Shown here: piece by piece, positions 48,402-58,735 of the stretch
How positions within the stretch are numbered: the stretch's first letter is position 1
How the letters are laid out: each line of letters starts with the position of its first letter
Source: Gammaproteobacteria bacterium
GTDB lineage: Bacteria; Pseudomonadota; Gammaproteobacteria; Eutrophobiales; Eutrophobiaceae
Direction: 5' to 3'
DNA: 64,000 bases
Assembly: GCA_965221695.1 (NCBI GenBank)
Contig: OZ244905.1
Span: 704,001 to 768,000, forward strand
Made by a program: the position numbers and the translations under genes
Notes under the pieces: generated by a model
Databases searched by the model: none
What the model was told of the DNA's origin: nothing
What the model saw: only the letters and a program-made list of their open reading frames with translations

Positions 48402-49583
48402 ATGTTCCCCCGCCATATCTCTACAGCGCTACGTGTCGCAGCGGAACAAAATCCCGTAGTGACGCTGACAGGACCGCGGCAATCCGGGAAAACAACCCTG
48501 GTGCGAGACATATTCCCCAAGCATCATTATTTTTCGCTTGAGGCGCCGGATGTTCGTTCAAGGGCGATAGATGACCCGCGCGGTTTTCTCTCCGGTGATT
48601 CCAGGATCATATTGGATGAGGTCCAACGTGCGCCCGAATTGCTTTCATACATACAGGGAATCGTTGACGATGAGCCGGCCCCGGGCAGGTTTATCCTCAC
48701 AGGTTCGCAAAACCTGTTGCTGATGGAGTCTGTTTCGCAAACCCTGGCCGGCCGCACCGCTCTATTGCGTCTTTACCCCCTCTCTATGGCTGAATTGACC
48801 GGTCGGACACTATTCCACCCTGCGCAACTGCCCGCCACACAACCACCGCCGAACCTGGATCGTTGGCAAACCCTGTTCAATGGTTTTTATCCGCGAATCC
48901 ACGACACCGGCATTCCGGCTCGTGAATGGCTGGCGGATTACTTTCGCACCTATGTTGAACGCGATGTGCGCGCCGTTCTGGAAGTTTCCGACACGCGCGG
49001 GTTTGAGAACTTTATCAGACTCGCCGCCGCAAATACCGCCCAGGAACTTAATCTTACCCGGATGGCCAGTGATGTGGGAATCACACAGCAAACGGCCCGT
49101 CGTTGGCTGAACGCCCTGGAGACAGGTTATCTCGCGACAACACTGCCGCCACATTATGTCAACTACAGGAAACGGCTGCGCAAACGCCCGCGCCTGCATC
49201 TTCTCGACAGTGGGTTAATCTGTTACCTGTTGGATATTACGGATGCGAAAATGTTAGCCCGGCACCCACTCCGGGGCGCAATCTTCGAATCATACGTGGT
49301 AGCAGAGCTCATAAAAAGTTTTGCCAACCGCCGCCGTGACCCGCGCCTGTTTTTCTGGCGCGACGCAACCGGCCACGAGATAGACGCCCTGATTGACCTG
49401 GGCGAACGCATCCTCCCGGTGGAGGTAAAATCCGGCGAGACAGTGCCGGCAGATGCGATTCAAGGCTTGCACTGGTGGACTTCCCTTCCGACTAATCCCA
49501 ACAATGGCGGCTTGCTCATCCATGGCGGCAACGAGCGCTTTTCCTTAAAGGGTTTCGATGTTCTGCCGTGGTTTTTGGCTTGA
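48402..49583 (+). CDS. AAA ATPase with C-terminal DUF4143 / PD-(D/E)XK-like domain
   Basis: GPRQSGKTT, ILDEVQ, LTGS, LAGR, Y.ERD, G.IFE..V..EL, EID.L......PVEVK. Confidence 0.9.
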   Translation: MFPRHISTALRVAAEQNPVVTLTGPRQSGKTTLVRDIFPKHHYFSLEAPDVRSRAIDDPRGFLSGDSRIILDEVQRAPELLSYIQGIVDDEPAPGRFILTGSQNLLLMESVSQTLAGRTALLRLYPLSMAELTGRTLFHPAQLPATQPPPNLDRWQTLFNGFYPRIHDTGIPAREWLADYFRTYVERDVRAVLEVSDTRGFENFIRLAAANTAQELNLTRMASDVGITQQTARRWLNALETGYLATTLPPHYVNYRKRLRKRPRLHLLDSGLICYLLDITDAKMLARHPLRGAIFESYVVAELIKSFANRRRDPRLFFWRDATGHEIDALIDLGERILPVEVKSGETVPADAIQGLHWWTSLPTNPNNGGLLIHGGNERFSLKGFDVLPWFLA

Positions 49584-49720
49584 GGGATCAAGTGAGAATA
49601 CCATGCTCAGAAATTGTTGCTTACCCTGAAACACACCTCTTTACACAAAAACGCCCGGTCATGCGCCGTACCTGTACCAGGGCTATCTTCAAGGGATGCC
49701 TGATACTGCTAGACGTCAAA

Positions 49721-51295
49721 TCATTCCCACTCAATCGTCGCAGGCGGCTTGCTGGAAATGTCGTAGACGACCCGAGAAACGCCTTCTACCTCATTCATGA
49801 TGCGTTCGGAGACTTCCTGCAGGAACTCGTCCGGCAGGCGCGCCCAGCGTGCGGTCATGAAATCTACGGTTTCCACGGCGCGCAGGGCTATCACGTAGTC
49901 ATAGTGGCGAGCATCGCCCTTCACGCCCACGGACTTGACCGGCAGGAACACCGCAAATGCCTGGCTGACGCTGTGGTACAGGTCATGCCGTCTCAGCGCG
50001 CGTAGAAATATGTCATCGGCCTGGCGCAGGATGTCCGCGTACTCCTTTTTTACTTCGCCGAGGATCCGCACTCCCAAGCCCGGTCCAGGAAACGGATGAC
50101 GGCCGATGAGTTCTTCCGGCAATCCGAGCTGTCTGCCCAGTTTGCGCACTTCATCCTTGAACAGTTCCCGCAGCGGCTCGATCAGTTTCAGGTTCATGCG
50201 CTCCGGCAGTCCGCCGACGTTGTGATGTGACTTGATGACATGGGCCTTACCGGTGCCGGCGCCGGCGGACTCGATCACGTCCGGGTAGATGGTGCCCTGG
50301 GCCAACCATTTCTCGTTCCGGAGTTTCCTGCCCTCTTCCTCAAAGATGGCAATGAACTCGCGGCCGATGATCTTGCGCTTATCTTCCGGGTCAATGACAC
50401 CTTTGAGTTTTTGCAGGTAGCGTTGCTCGGCATTGACCCGGATAACACGAATGCCCATATGCCGGGAGAAGGTCTCCATTACCTGGTCGCCCTCGTTCAG
50501 GCGCAGCAGGCCGGTGTCGACGAAGATACAGGTGAGCTGGTCCCCGATTGCCTGGCGCAGCAACGCCGCGGTGACCGCGGAATCGACGCCGCCGGACAGG
50601 GCCAGCAACACCTCGTCATCGCCTACCCTGGCGCGCGTGTCCACAACGGCGTGCGCAATGATATTATCAGGTGTCCAAAGCGTATCGCAACCCGCGATAT
50701 CGCAAACGAAACGGCGCAGGATAGCCAGACCCTGACGAGTGTGGGTGACCTCGGGATGGAACTGCAGGCCGTAAAACCCCCGCTTCTCGTCCGCCATGCC
50801 GGCAATCGGTGAGTTGTCCGTGGAGGCAATGCGCTTGAAGCCCGCAGGCAGTTCATCGACCTTGTCGCCATGGCTCATCCATACATCCAACAGGCCATGG
50901 CCTTCCGCGTTCGTCTCATCCTGGATATCGCGTAACAGGCGTGAATGCCCGCGCGCCCTGACCTTGGCATAACCGAACTCGCGCAGGCTGGAAGCGCCGA
51001 CCTGCCCTCCCAACTGCTGCGCCATGGTCTGCATGCCGTAGCAGATGCCGAGCGCCGGCACGCCCAGTTGGAATACGATATCCGGGGCGCGCCAACTGTT
51101 GGAACCGGTTACCGATTCCGGACCGCCGGACAGTATCACTGCCTTCGGGTTGAAACGCCTTATTACCGCTTCATCCAGGTCGAACGGGTAAATCTCGTTG
51201 TAAACACCCAACTCGCGCACGCGCCGGGCTATGAGCTGGGTATATTGCGAACCGAAGTCCAGGATCAGGACTTTGTCATTGTGGATATCGTACAT
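49721..51295 (-). CDS. guaA: GMP synthase (glutamine-hydrolysing)
   Basis: [50 protein letters not shown]. Confidence 0.98.
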   Translation of the reverse strand: MYDIHNDKVLILDFGSQYTQLIARRVRELGVYNEIYPFDLDEAVIRRFNPKAVILSGGPESVTGSNSWRAPDIVFQLGVPALGICYGMQTMAQQLGGQVGASSLREFGYAKVRARGHSRLLRDIQDETNAEGHGLLDVWMSHGDKVDELPAGFKRIASTDNSPIAGMADEKRGFYGLQFHPEVTHTRQGLAILRRFVCDIAGCDTLWTPDNIIAHAVVDTRARVGDDEVLLALSGGVDSAVTAALLRQAIGDQLTCIFVDTGLLRLNEGDQVMETFSRHMGIRVIRVNAEQRYLQKLKGVIDPEDKRKIIGREFIAIFEEEGRKLRNEKWLAQGTIYPDVIESAGAGTGKAHVIKSHHNVGGLPERMNLKLIEPLRELFKDEVRKLGRQLGLPEELIGRHPFPGPGLGVRILGEVKKEYADILRQADDIFLRALRRHDLYHSVSQAFAVFLPVKSVGVKGDARHYDYVIALRAVETVDFMTARWARLPDEFLQEVSERIMNEVEGVSRVVYDISSKPPATIEWE

Positions 51296-51304
51296 TGGGA
51301 GTTA

Positions 51305-51470
51305 ACATGGATGAACAGGATATACAGGATATGATCTAGGATGATCATCCAGTTCTTTAACAAGAGTTCTACCAGTTCACTGGGAAAAACAAAAGAGATA
51401 TTCATGTTTCATCATCCTGAAATATCTTGAAAAACAAGATCATAATCCTGTATATCCTGTTCATCCATGT
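51305..51470. repeat. Element bounded by a perfect 26-bp inverted repeat between guaB and guaA
   Basis: ACATGGATGAACAGGATATACAGGAT (51305-51330) and its exact reverse complement (51445-51470). Confidence 0.85.
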
Positions 51471-51473
51471 GAA

Positions 51474-52934
51474 TCACACGCGGTAATTTGGCGGTTCTTT
51501 GGTGATGGTCACATCATGGGCGTGGCTCTCTTTCATGCCTGCCCCGGTGAGTTTGACGAAGTTGGACCGGTTACGCATTTCCTCCAGGTTGTCACAGCCC
51601 GTGTAACCCATGGCCGCTCTCACACCCCCTGTCAACTGGTGTACGATCGCATTCAGTGGCCCCTTGTACGGCACCCGTCCCTCAATCCCTTCCGGCACCA
51701 GTTTTTCAATCTCATCGTTCTCCTGGAAATAGCGGTCGGATGAGCCGTGTTGCTGGGACATCGCACCCACGGAACCCATTCCCCGGTAAGTCTTGTAGGA
51801 ACGCCCCTGAAACAGTTCGACCTCGCCCGGGGCCTCTTCGGCGCCGGCAAACAAGCTGCCGATCATAACCGACCAGGCGCCCGCGGCCAGTGATTTGGCG
51901 ATGTCGCCGGAGTAACGGATGCCGCCGTCGGAGATGAGCGGGATATCGGTTCCCTTCAGGCTCTTGGCTACATTAGCGACGGCTGTGATCTGCGGCATGC
52001 CGACACCGGTCACGATACGGGTGGTACAAATCGAGCCAGGACCCACACCAACTTTCACTGCATCGGCGCCGGCATCGACCAGGGCTTGTGCGCCGTCTCC
52101 GGTCACCACATTGCCGGCAATCACCTCGCAGTCAGGATAGTCCGACTTGATAGCCCTGACGGCTTGCAGCACCCCCTCGGAGTGGCCGTGGGCGGTATCC
52201 ACTACCAGCACATCCACGCCTGCGGCGACCAGGGCGGCCACCCGCTCGCTGGTGCCGGGACCGACACCCACTGCGGCGCCCACCCGCAAGCGCTCATCCT
52301 CATCCTTGCAGGAGTTCGGAAATTCCCTGGCCTTGTGAATATCCTTCACCGTGACCATGCCCTTGAGTTCGAAGCTGTCGTTGACCACCAGGACTTTTTC
52401 GATCCTGTGCTTATGCAACAACGAGATGATCTCCTCGGCGCCGGCGTCTTCCTGGACCGTAACCAGGCGTTCCTTGGGCGTCATGATGTTGGCGACGGGA
52501 TCATCGTAGCGGGTTTCAAAGCGCAAGTCCCTGCTGGTCACAATCCCCACCAGGTCAGAACCATCGACCACGGGCACGCCGGATATGTTGTTTGCGTGGG
52601 TGACCTGCAGCACTTCGCCGATGCTGGTCTGCGGGCTGACGGTGACCGGGTCCCGGATCACTCCGGCCTCGTATTTCTTCACCTGCAACACCTCCCTGGC
52701 CTGCTGCTCGGGACTCATATTCTTGTGAATGATCCCCATCCCGCCCTGCGCCGCCAACGCAATGGCCAGGCGCGCCTCGGTGACCGTATCCATGGCCGCC
52801 GAGATAATCGGAATATTCAAGCTGATGCGTCGGGTAAGGCGGGTCTCCAGGCTGACCTGCCGGGGCAGAACCCGGGAATGAGCCGGGATTAGCAGGACAT
52901 CGTCAAAGGTGAGGGCTTCATCGATAATTTGCAT
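51474..52934 (-). CDS. guaB: IMP dehydrogenase
   Basis: [21 protein letters not shown] pair, [21 protein letters not shown]. Confidence 0.98.
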   Translation of the reverse strand: MQIIDEALTFDDVLLIPAHSRVLPRQVSLETRLTRRISLNIPIISAAMDTVTEARLAIALAAQGGMGIIHKNMSPEQQAREVLQVKKYEAGVIRDPVTVSPQTSIGEVLQVTHANNISGVPVVDGSDLVGIVTSRDLRFETRYDDPVANIMTPKERLVTVQEDAGAEEIISLLHKHRIEKVLVVNDSFELKGMVTVKDIHKAREFPNSCKDEDERLRVGAAVGVGPGTSERVAALVAAGVDVLVVDTAHGHSEGVLQAVRAIKSDYPDCEVIAGNVVTGDGAQALVDAGADAVKVGVGPGSICTTRIVTGVGMPQITAVANVAKSLKGTDIPLISDGGIRYSGDIAKSLAAGAWSVMIGSLFAGAEEAPGEVELFQGRSYKTYRGMGSVGAMSQQHGSSDRYFQENDEIEKLVPEGIEGRVPYKGPLNAIVHQLTGGVRAAMGYTGCDNLEEMRNRSNFVKLTGAGMKESHAHDVTITKEPPNYRV

Positions 52935-52939
52935 GACCT

Positions 52940-52968
52940 ATTATACAATAAGCCAGTGTCGGGAACAA
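52940..52968 (-). promoter_or_regulatory. guaB promoter, probably leaderless
   Basis: TTGTTC-N17-TATAAT, then 5 nt to ATG; no SD. Confidence 0.55.
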
Positions 52969-52996
52969 ATTAAAACAGCCTATTCAGTGGAATAAT

Positions 52997-53207
52997 GTGT
53001 CGCCTGGAGGCGACTCGTTGTTTCACTGGATTCCCGCTTGCGCGGGAATGGGATAGGGGCGCTCACGTGAATGCTACCACAGTACCACTCTCGCCCCTGC
53101 TCAACGCCATACAGGGGTAGGCTGAAAAGCGGGAGTCCAGTCAAATTCTGTGTCGCCTGATAGGCGGCCCTTTGTTCCACTGGATTCCGGTTTGCACTGG
53201 AATGGTA
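52997..53207. repeat. Second REP/BIME-like cluster (same family as 11837-12150)
   Basis: TGTGTCGCC..GGCGAC, CACTGGATTCCCG-N6-CGGGAATGG and GCGGGAGTCCAGT.AAATTCTGTGTCGCC modules. Confidence 0.82.
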
Positions 53208-53282
53208 CAAGGCGCAAGGTAGCCCATAAAACTTAGCCCATAAAACTTACACAGCAAATAAGCCTTAAGGCAGGAAACAAGA

Positions 53283-54626
53283 GTGGCAGAACCACAACGC
53301 GATATCTACAGTATCACCCGCCTTAACCGCGAGGTCAGGGCGGTGCTGGAAGACAGTTTTCCGCCTTCGTTATGGGTGCGCGGCGAGATTTCCAACCTGG
53401 CGCGCCCTGGGTCCGGCCACATTTACTTCTCCCTGAAAGACAAGCATTCCCAGGTTCGTTGCGCGCTGTTCCGAAGCGCCAGCCGCCACTTACGCGTCCC
53501 GCTGGAGAACGGCCAGGAAGTCCTGGTCAGGGCCGGCGTCAGCCTGTACGAAGGTCGGGGCGAATTCCAGTTGATCGTGGAACACCTGGAACCTGCCGGC
53601 GCCGGCGCCCTGCAACAGGCTTTTGAACAACTGAAACAACGCTTGCTGGAAGAGGGATTGTTCGCAGAGGAGCATAAACAACCGCTACCGGCATTTCCCG
53701 ACACGATCGGGGTCATCACTTCCCCCACGGGCGCCGCGCTCAGAGATATCATCCATGTCCTGGGAAGACGTTACCCGCGCGCCGGTGTTATCGTCTACCC
53801 TGTTCCCGTGCAGGGTGAAGATTCAGCCCGGCAGATTGCGCAAGCCATAGATGAAGCCAACCAGCGCCGGGAATGCGACGTGTTGATCCTCGCCCGGGGC
53901 GGCGGTTCCCTGGAGGACCTGTGGTCGTTCAACGAGGAGGTCGTTGCCAGGGCGATCTACAATTCGTTGCTTCCGTTGGTCAGCGGCATCGGTCACGAGA
54001 TAGACTTTACCATCGCAGATTTTGTCGCCGACCAGCGCGCGCCCACGCCTTCGGCTGCGGCTGAACTGGTCAGCCCTGACAGCGCCACATTGCTGTCCAA
54101 CCTGAGCATCCTGGATTCGCAACTGTGCCGGCGTGCCGATCAACTGCTGACTGCCCTACAACGCCATATTGAACAACTCGCCAAACGGCTGCCCCGCCCT
54201 GTTTACCTGTTACAGAACATGGCGCAGCGCATGGATGACCTGGCAATTCGACTGAGACTGGCGCTGGATAACCATATCGCGTTACGCCGGATTCGCCTGA
54301 ACCGGTTTGCCGATGTTCTCAGAAGCACGAGTCCAGTGCGGCAACTGGCAAGTTATCGCAACAAATGCGCAGAACTGGAAAATCAACTGCAAAACCATCT
54401 TATGCGCAGCCTGGAGACAAGAAAAAAACAACTGGACTACCTGTCCCACTCCCTGTTAACCATCAGCCCGCTTGCCACCCTGGAACGGGGCTACGCCATC
54501 GTCACTGATGAGAAGGACAACATCGTACGCCGGGCGGATCAATTAAAGGAAAATACAGAGATCAAAACCCGCTTCTCCAAGGGAAGCATTCGGTCAACAG
54601 TGCGTACAATCGATACGGAGAAATAA
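53283..54626 (+). CDS. xseA: Exodeoxyribonuclease VII large subunit
   Basis: GEISN, SGH.YFSLKD, ITS.TGAA.RD, VQG, RGGGS.EDLW.FN, GHE.DFT..DFVAD.RA.TPS. Confidence 0.97.
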   Translation: MAEPQRDIYSITRLNREVRAVLEDSFPPSLWVRGEISNLARPGSGHIYFSLKDKHSQVRCALFRSASRHLRVPLENGQEVLVRAGVSLYEGRGEFQLIVEHLEPAGAGALQQAFEQLKQRLLEEGLFAEEHKQPLPAFPDTIGVITSPTGAALRDIIHVLGRRYPRAGVIVYPVPVQGEDSARQIAQAIDEANQRRECDVLILARGGGSLEDLWSFNEEVVARAIYNSLLPLVSGIGHEIDFTIADFVADQRAPTPSAAAELVSPDSATLLSNLSILDSQLCRRADQLLTALQRHIEQLAKRLPRPVYLLQNMAQRMDDLAIRLRLALDNHIALRRIRLNRFADVLRSTSPVRQLASYRNKCAELENQLQNHLMRSLETRKKQLDYLSHSLLTISPLATLERGYAIVTDEKDNIVRRADQLKENTEIKTRFSKGSIRSTVRTIDTEK

Positions 54627-54841
54627 AAGATATGAGGAAACGGATGGCAGGATTACTCTGGCCGATGGTTATCATCGCCTGAGCAGCGGATGTGATTCTG
54701 CGCCGAGTTCCCGAGTTTTGACCCTGTTGGTCTCAACCACGGCGTTACCCTAGCGTAGATATTAATTCTTGGGCGATATCGTATTTCTCTATTTTGCAGA
54801 TTGGAACCGGGTCTACAATTTCGTTACAAACGCTACAATCA

Positions 54842-55576
54842 TTATTCGGATTTTCTGTATGTGCTTAAAAATTTTGTCGCGTCCTTGGTAAATGTGGTTA
54901 CTACCCCGGTAGCAGCACATTTAATGTCAATTGGTTTGGTAGTGGATATGTTCTTGTTCTCGCCTGTAATGCCATGCCATGATTCGCCCCGTAATCCCTG
55001 CCATTGGGCCAAATAGAACAATGAGCCAAATTGTCGCGGTGGAGAAGTCTCAGCATCACAGCCCCCAGGCCAGTCCAATACCGGTAATTCACCTCTTTCT
55101 ACGCGACTGGTAAGCTCAGGATCAGACTTCCGGATCACCTTTCCGGTTCCATGGCATATTTTCAACGCATTATCCATGCCCAAGTGTTTATCGAATTTCT
55201 TACTATCTCCTGTAAACACTACAAGCCAGCCAGTTCGACTGCACATTAAAGGGATTTCTACTGAGGGAGTGATATCCAAGTCTAAACCCATCAGTCCCTG
55301 CAATTTAGCGAGGTAGTACAGGGTGCCGTATCTTGCTTTGAATATATGAGTACATTTGATGTCATCACCGATGCCGCCTTGCCAGACTAAAGTAGGCAAC
55401 TCGCCTTTCATAACCTTCTTAGTCAGCCAAGGCTTATCCTGACGCCACCTGCGGCCGTTCTCCCAACAGGTGATCAGTCCGCCATCATCCCCTTTCCAAC
55501 GCTTATCGTAGCTCATTTCAAAGCGGTCCGGCTCGGTAAATTTTCGAGTGATGCGCTGTATAGTATTAAATCTCAT
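54842..55576 (-). CDS. Hypothetical protein with an internally duplicated ~100-aa domain
   Basis: Two copies of C...G.......P....V..GELP.L.W.GG...G.L.YLA..QGL.G...C..TG....FT.D..KF. Confidence 0.75.
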   Translation of the reverse strand: MRFNTIQRITRKFTEPDRFEMSYDKRWKGDDGGLITCWENGRRWRQDKPWLTKKVMKGELPTLVWQGGIGDDIKCTHIFKARYGTLYYLAKLQGLMGLDLDITPSVEIPLMCSRTGWLVVFTGDSKKFDKHLGMDNALKICHGTGKVIRKSDPELTSRVERGELPVLDWPGGCDAETSPPRQFGSLFYLAQWQGLRGESWHGITGENKNISTTKPIDIKCAATGVVTTFTKDATKFLSTYRKSE

Positions 55577-55623
55577 GTCTTATATGGGGAGGTAAACCAA
55601 GTTGGTAATTTTTACTCCGTACT

Positions 55624-56673
55624 TTAAGGACGTTCTCTCTCTTCTTTCTCTGCAGATAATGTTTGTAATGGAACAGGTGGTTGATGGTTGGCAATCAGTG
55701 AAAGGAAATCCGTTTCGCTGATGATTTTTATTTCTTGTCCTTGCAAGATTCTCTCTTCCGCTTTGACATGTTTGTTACTTTTACCGGAGGAAGACGTGAT
55801 AAGTGGTGATACTTGTGAGCCGCTGACTAATATTGTTGTTTTACGAGTTACAGCGCTCTTAATCTCACACCCCATAAATGCGGCATAAGATTTAGCAATG
55901 TTTCTAGGAATTTGAAGTTCGCCTGTAAAAACAATCACTTCCCCATATAATTCCCCTTCAGTATTACACTCAATCGGTATTGATGCAGCGCTGTATGATC
56001 GGTGTTTTTGTCGTTTCTTTTGGGCTATTTCGCCTTCAAACAAATGAAGCCAATACTCCACATCAACATTGTGTTCGCGACAGGCTGCCAATGTAATCTC
56101 CGCAGCGGCAATAGCATCCTCCAGTGCGTCATGATGTTTAAATTCATGCCCAATGTAATATGATACATTTTTTAGCCCATATCCTCGCTGGCCAAACTTT
56201 TCCGGCCAGGCCCGTCGTGCTATTTTGGCACTGTCAAGCCAATATACCTGTAATTGCTCCAGGTCGTATTTATCCATAGCCATCTCGAAAGCGCCACGGT
56301 CATACGGTGTATGTGAGACAAGGATCTGACCTCGAAGACGCTGTCGTAATTCCTCTCGGACTTCCGGCATTGTAGGAGCGCCTTGGACATCCGCTTGCGT
56401 GATACCATGTATCTTGATATTCCAATCATCAAATTCATCTTCGGGGTCGATCAATGTGCACCAACGATCAACTACCTGCCCATCAACAATATGGGCAATC
56501 CCGATTTGGCAGATGGTTGACCTGTCTCTGTTTGCAGTTTCTACGTCGACAACATTGAAATTTTGGCCGCATCCTGCCACATCTTCAGGACTCAATTGTT
56601 GTTCATTTCTATTATTTCGCATTCTGATGACGAAACTATCAGGATCGGATAATAAAGCATGAATGTTAATCAT
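55624..56673 (-). CDS. DEDDh 3'-5' exonuclease (DnaQ-like) fused to a BRCT domain
   Basis: DVETAN, IHGIT, H..YD, LDS, HHDALED; C-terminal VFTG.L, VT.KT..LV.G, K..KA, I.E.DF. Confidence 0.88.
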   Translation of the reverse strand: MINIHALLSDPDSFVIRMRNNRNEQQLSPEDVAGCGQNFNVVDVETANRDRSTICQIGIAHIVDGQVVDRWCTLIDPEDEFDDWNIKIHGITQADVQGAPTMPEVREELRQRLRGQILVSHTPYDRGAFEMAMDKYDLEQLQVYWLDSAKIARRAWPEKFGQRGYGLKNVSYYIGHEFKHHDALEDAIAAAEITLAACREHNVDVEYWLHLFEGEIAQKKRQKHRSYSAASIPIECNTEGELYGEVIVFTGELQIPRNIAKSYAAFMGCEIKSAVTRKTTILVSGSQVSPLITSSSGKSNKHVKAEERILQGQEIKIISETDFLSLIANHQPPVPLQTLSAEKEERERP

Positions 56674-56912
56674 TTGCTTTGCTTTCCTATTACCGTTTCA
56701 ATTTAATTCTGACAGATGGGCGGCTGAAGATCAATCAAGTGCCGGGAGTTGACTGAGGGGGGATTGCCAGTGCCAGACTGCGCACCACGCTGGGCTGATT
56801 CGTACCGGAGATAATGGACCAGACGATTACGGCGGCTTTGCCAGAAGGAGTTCCTCCAACACCTATAACAATAGGTTTCCGGATCGCTGAGTGTCAGGCC
56901 ACCCGGAGTCAA

Positions 56913-57035
56913 TATCTTGTCAATGAAGCCATGTTGACTGGCTTCATCCGGGGTCAGGTCTTTTATCTTTTCAGCAGTGTCGATCAGTTGATCGATACTT
57001 TTGCCGCCGACAATACGTATCAATTCAATATAACA
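56913..57035 (-). pseudogene. Possible C-terminal remnant of a ClpP-like protease
   Basis: YIELIRIVGGKSIDQLIDTAEKIKDLTPDEASQHGFIDKIL resembles the ClpP end (TG.S.E.I......F.SAEEA..YGLID.I). Confidence 0.4.
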
Positions 57036-57078
57036 AAATCGGGGACGGTTTAAATTTCAGTCTGTTTAAATTTCAGTC

Positions 57079-57107
57079 TTGCAATATACCAATGAATGGT
57101 ATATAGT
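57079..57107 (+). promoter_or_regulatory. TA promoter with embedded operator palindrome
   Basis: TTGCAA-N17-TATAGT; ATATACCA-N5-TGGTATAT (57084-57104). Confidence 0.7.
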
Positions 57108-57115
57108 CATACATT

Positions 57116-57382
57116 ATGACATGGACCGTTCGCCTGACCAGAAAAGCATTTAAGCAACTAAGGAAACTGCCACTTGTATTGCAAGATCTGGCTGACCTTG
57201 CCATCACTGACCTTGAGGAACAGGGTACCAGTCCTCAAGGATGGGATACTTTGAAAACGGGCGAAGGTGAATATCGTCTGCGTATCAATTACCGTTACCG
57301 AATGCGTTATCGCATTTTGGCTGAACAGACTTTGGAAATCGAAATATTTTATATAGGCCATCGTCGAGAAGCATACAGATGA
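57116..57382 (+). CDS. RelE/ParE-superfamily toxin
   Basis: 88 aa basic protein: W.V.LT.KA.KQL.KLP, YRLR...YR..Y, I.YIGHR.EAY. Confidence 0.82.
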   Translation: MTWTVRLTRKAFKQLRKLPLVLQDLADLAITDLEEQGTSPQGWDTLKTGEGEYRLRINYRYRMRYRILAEQTLEIEIFYIGHRREAYR

Positions 57383-57750
57383 CTCATACATTGGAAATTG
57401 ATCACGATCTGGGTAATGTGACAGTGCTGCCCGTTGTTGAAGTGGACCGGACACGGCTGAAACGCATGATACGTTCGACACTCGACAGTTATATGCACGC
57501 GGAGCATGTGCCCGCCCAAGCAGTTCACGATGAAGCCAGGCAGCGTCATGGTGATAGTTATATGACTCCGGGATATCACCTGAGGTTATACCGGCTGCGG
57601 GCTGGGTTCACGCAAACAGAGCTGGCTGGCCGTACCGGGATGCACCAGCGACATCTTTCTGAAATGGAAAATAACAAACGACCGTTGGGCAAAACGACGG
57701 CCAGGAAATTGGCGCGAATATTGGGTTGTGATTACCGAAGACTGTTGTGA
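57379..57750 (+). CDS. XRE-HTH antitoxin (HigA-like)
   Basis: TPG..LR.YR...G.TQ.ELA...G..Q.HLSEMEN.KR.LG...A..LA..L; ATGA overlap with the toxin. Confidence 0.85.
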   Translation: MTHTLEIDHDLGNVTVLPVVEVDRTRLKRMIRSTLDSYMHAEHVPAQAVHDEARQRHGDSYMTPGYHLRLYRLRAGFTQTELAGRTGMHQRHLSEMENNKRPLGKTTARKLARILGCDYRRLL

Positions 57751-57774
57751 GGCAGTCCGTTCCGGGTAGTACTA

Positions 57775-58725
57775 CTAGTGCCCGGCTGCCTGCAGGTCAG
57801 CATGGTACGAGGAGCGCACCATCGGCGCGCTGGCCACGCTGGTAAACCCCAGTTGCCTGGCGTACTCACCCAGTTCGGCAAACTCTGACGGCTGCACGAA
57901 TCGCTCGACCTGGAGGTGGTAGCGGCTTGGTTGCAGGTACTGGCCCAGGGTCAGCATGTCGCAGTCGTGTTCCCTGAGATCGCGCAGCACCTGCTTCACG
58001 TCGTCAATCTCTTCGCCCAATCCCAGCATGAGGCCGGATTTTGTCGGTATCTCCGGACTTTGCGCCTTGAACCTGCGGATCAGTTCCAGCGACCACTCGT
58101 AATCGGCGCCGGGCCTGGCCTTGCGATACAGCGCAGGGGTGGTCTCCAGGTTGTGGTTGAATACATCGGGAGGCGCCTCGCCCAGCCGTTCCAGTGCAAT
58201 CTCCATACGCCGGCGGAAGTCCGGAGTCAGAATTTCGATACGGGTGGCAGGGGTCTTGCGGCGCACAGCCCTGATACAATCCCTGAAATGCCCGGCCCCG
58301 CCGTCGCGCAGGTCGTCCCGGTCGACGGAAGTAATCACAACGTATTTTAGCCCCATGATCTTAACGGCGTCGGCCAAATGTTCCGGTTCGTTTTCATCCA
58401 GGGGTTGCGGGCGGCCATGGGCCACGTCACAGAACGGGCAACGCCGGGTGCAGGTATCGCCCATGATCATGAAGGTGGCGGTACCGCGCGCAAAGCACTC
58501 ACCCAGGTTGGGACAGGAGGCCTCCTCACAGACCGTATGCAGAGAGCGTTCCCGCAACAGCCGCTTCAATTCGATTACCTTGGGATCCGTAGGCGCTTTT
58601 GCCCTGATCCAGTCGGGCTTTCTCGGCGCTTTACCTTCCATGGGGATCACCTTTACGGGGATGCGCGCGGTTTTGAATTTGCCGCGCCGCTCTTCTTTTG
58701 TCAGGTTTTCCAGTGCTGTTGCCAT
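57775..58725 (-). CDS. lipA: Lipoyl synthase
   Basis: [20 protein letters not shown] and RSSYHA motifs. Confidence 0.97.
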   Translation of the reverse strand: MATALENLTKEERRGKFKTARIPVKVIPMEGKAPRKPDWIRAKAPTDPKVIELKRLLRERSLHTVCEEASCPNLGECFARGTATFMIMGDTCTRRCPFCDVAHGRPQPLDENEPEHLADAVKIMGLKYVVITSVDRDDLRDGGAGHFRDCIRAVRRKTPATRIEILTPDFRRRMEIALERLGEAPPDVFNHNLETTPALYRKARPGADYEWSLELIRRFKAQSPEIPTKSGLMLGLGEEIDDVKQVLRDLREHDCDMLTLGQYLQPSRYHLQVERFVQPSEFAELGEYARQLGFTSVASAPMVRSSYHADLQAAGH

Positions 58726-58735
58726 AGTAATATCG

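Noticed and set aside
54627-54841. tRNA or tmRNA integration site after xseA
   Set aside because: No T-loop/CCA cloverleaf pattern found.
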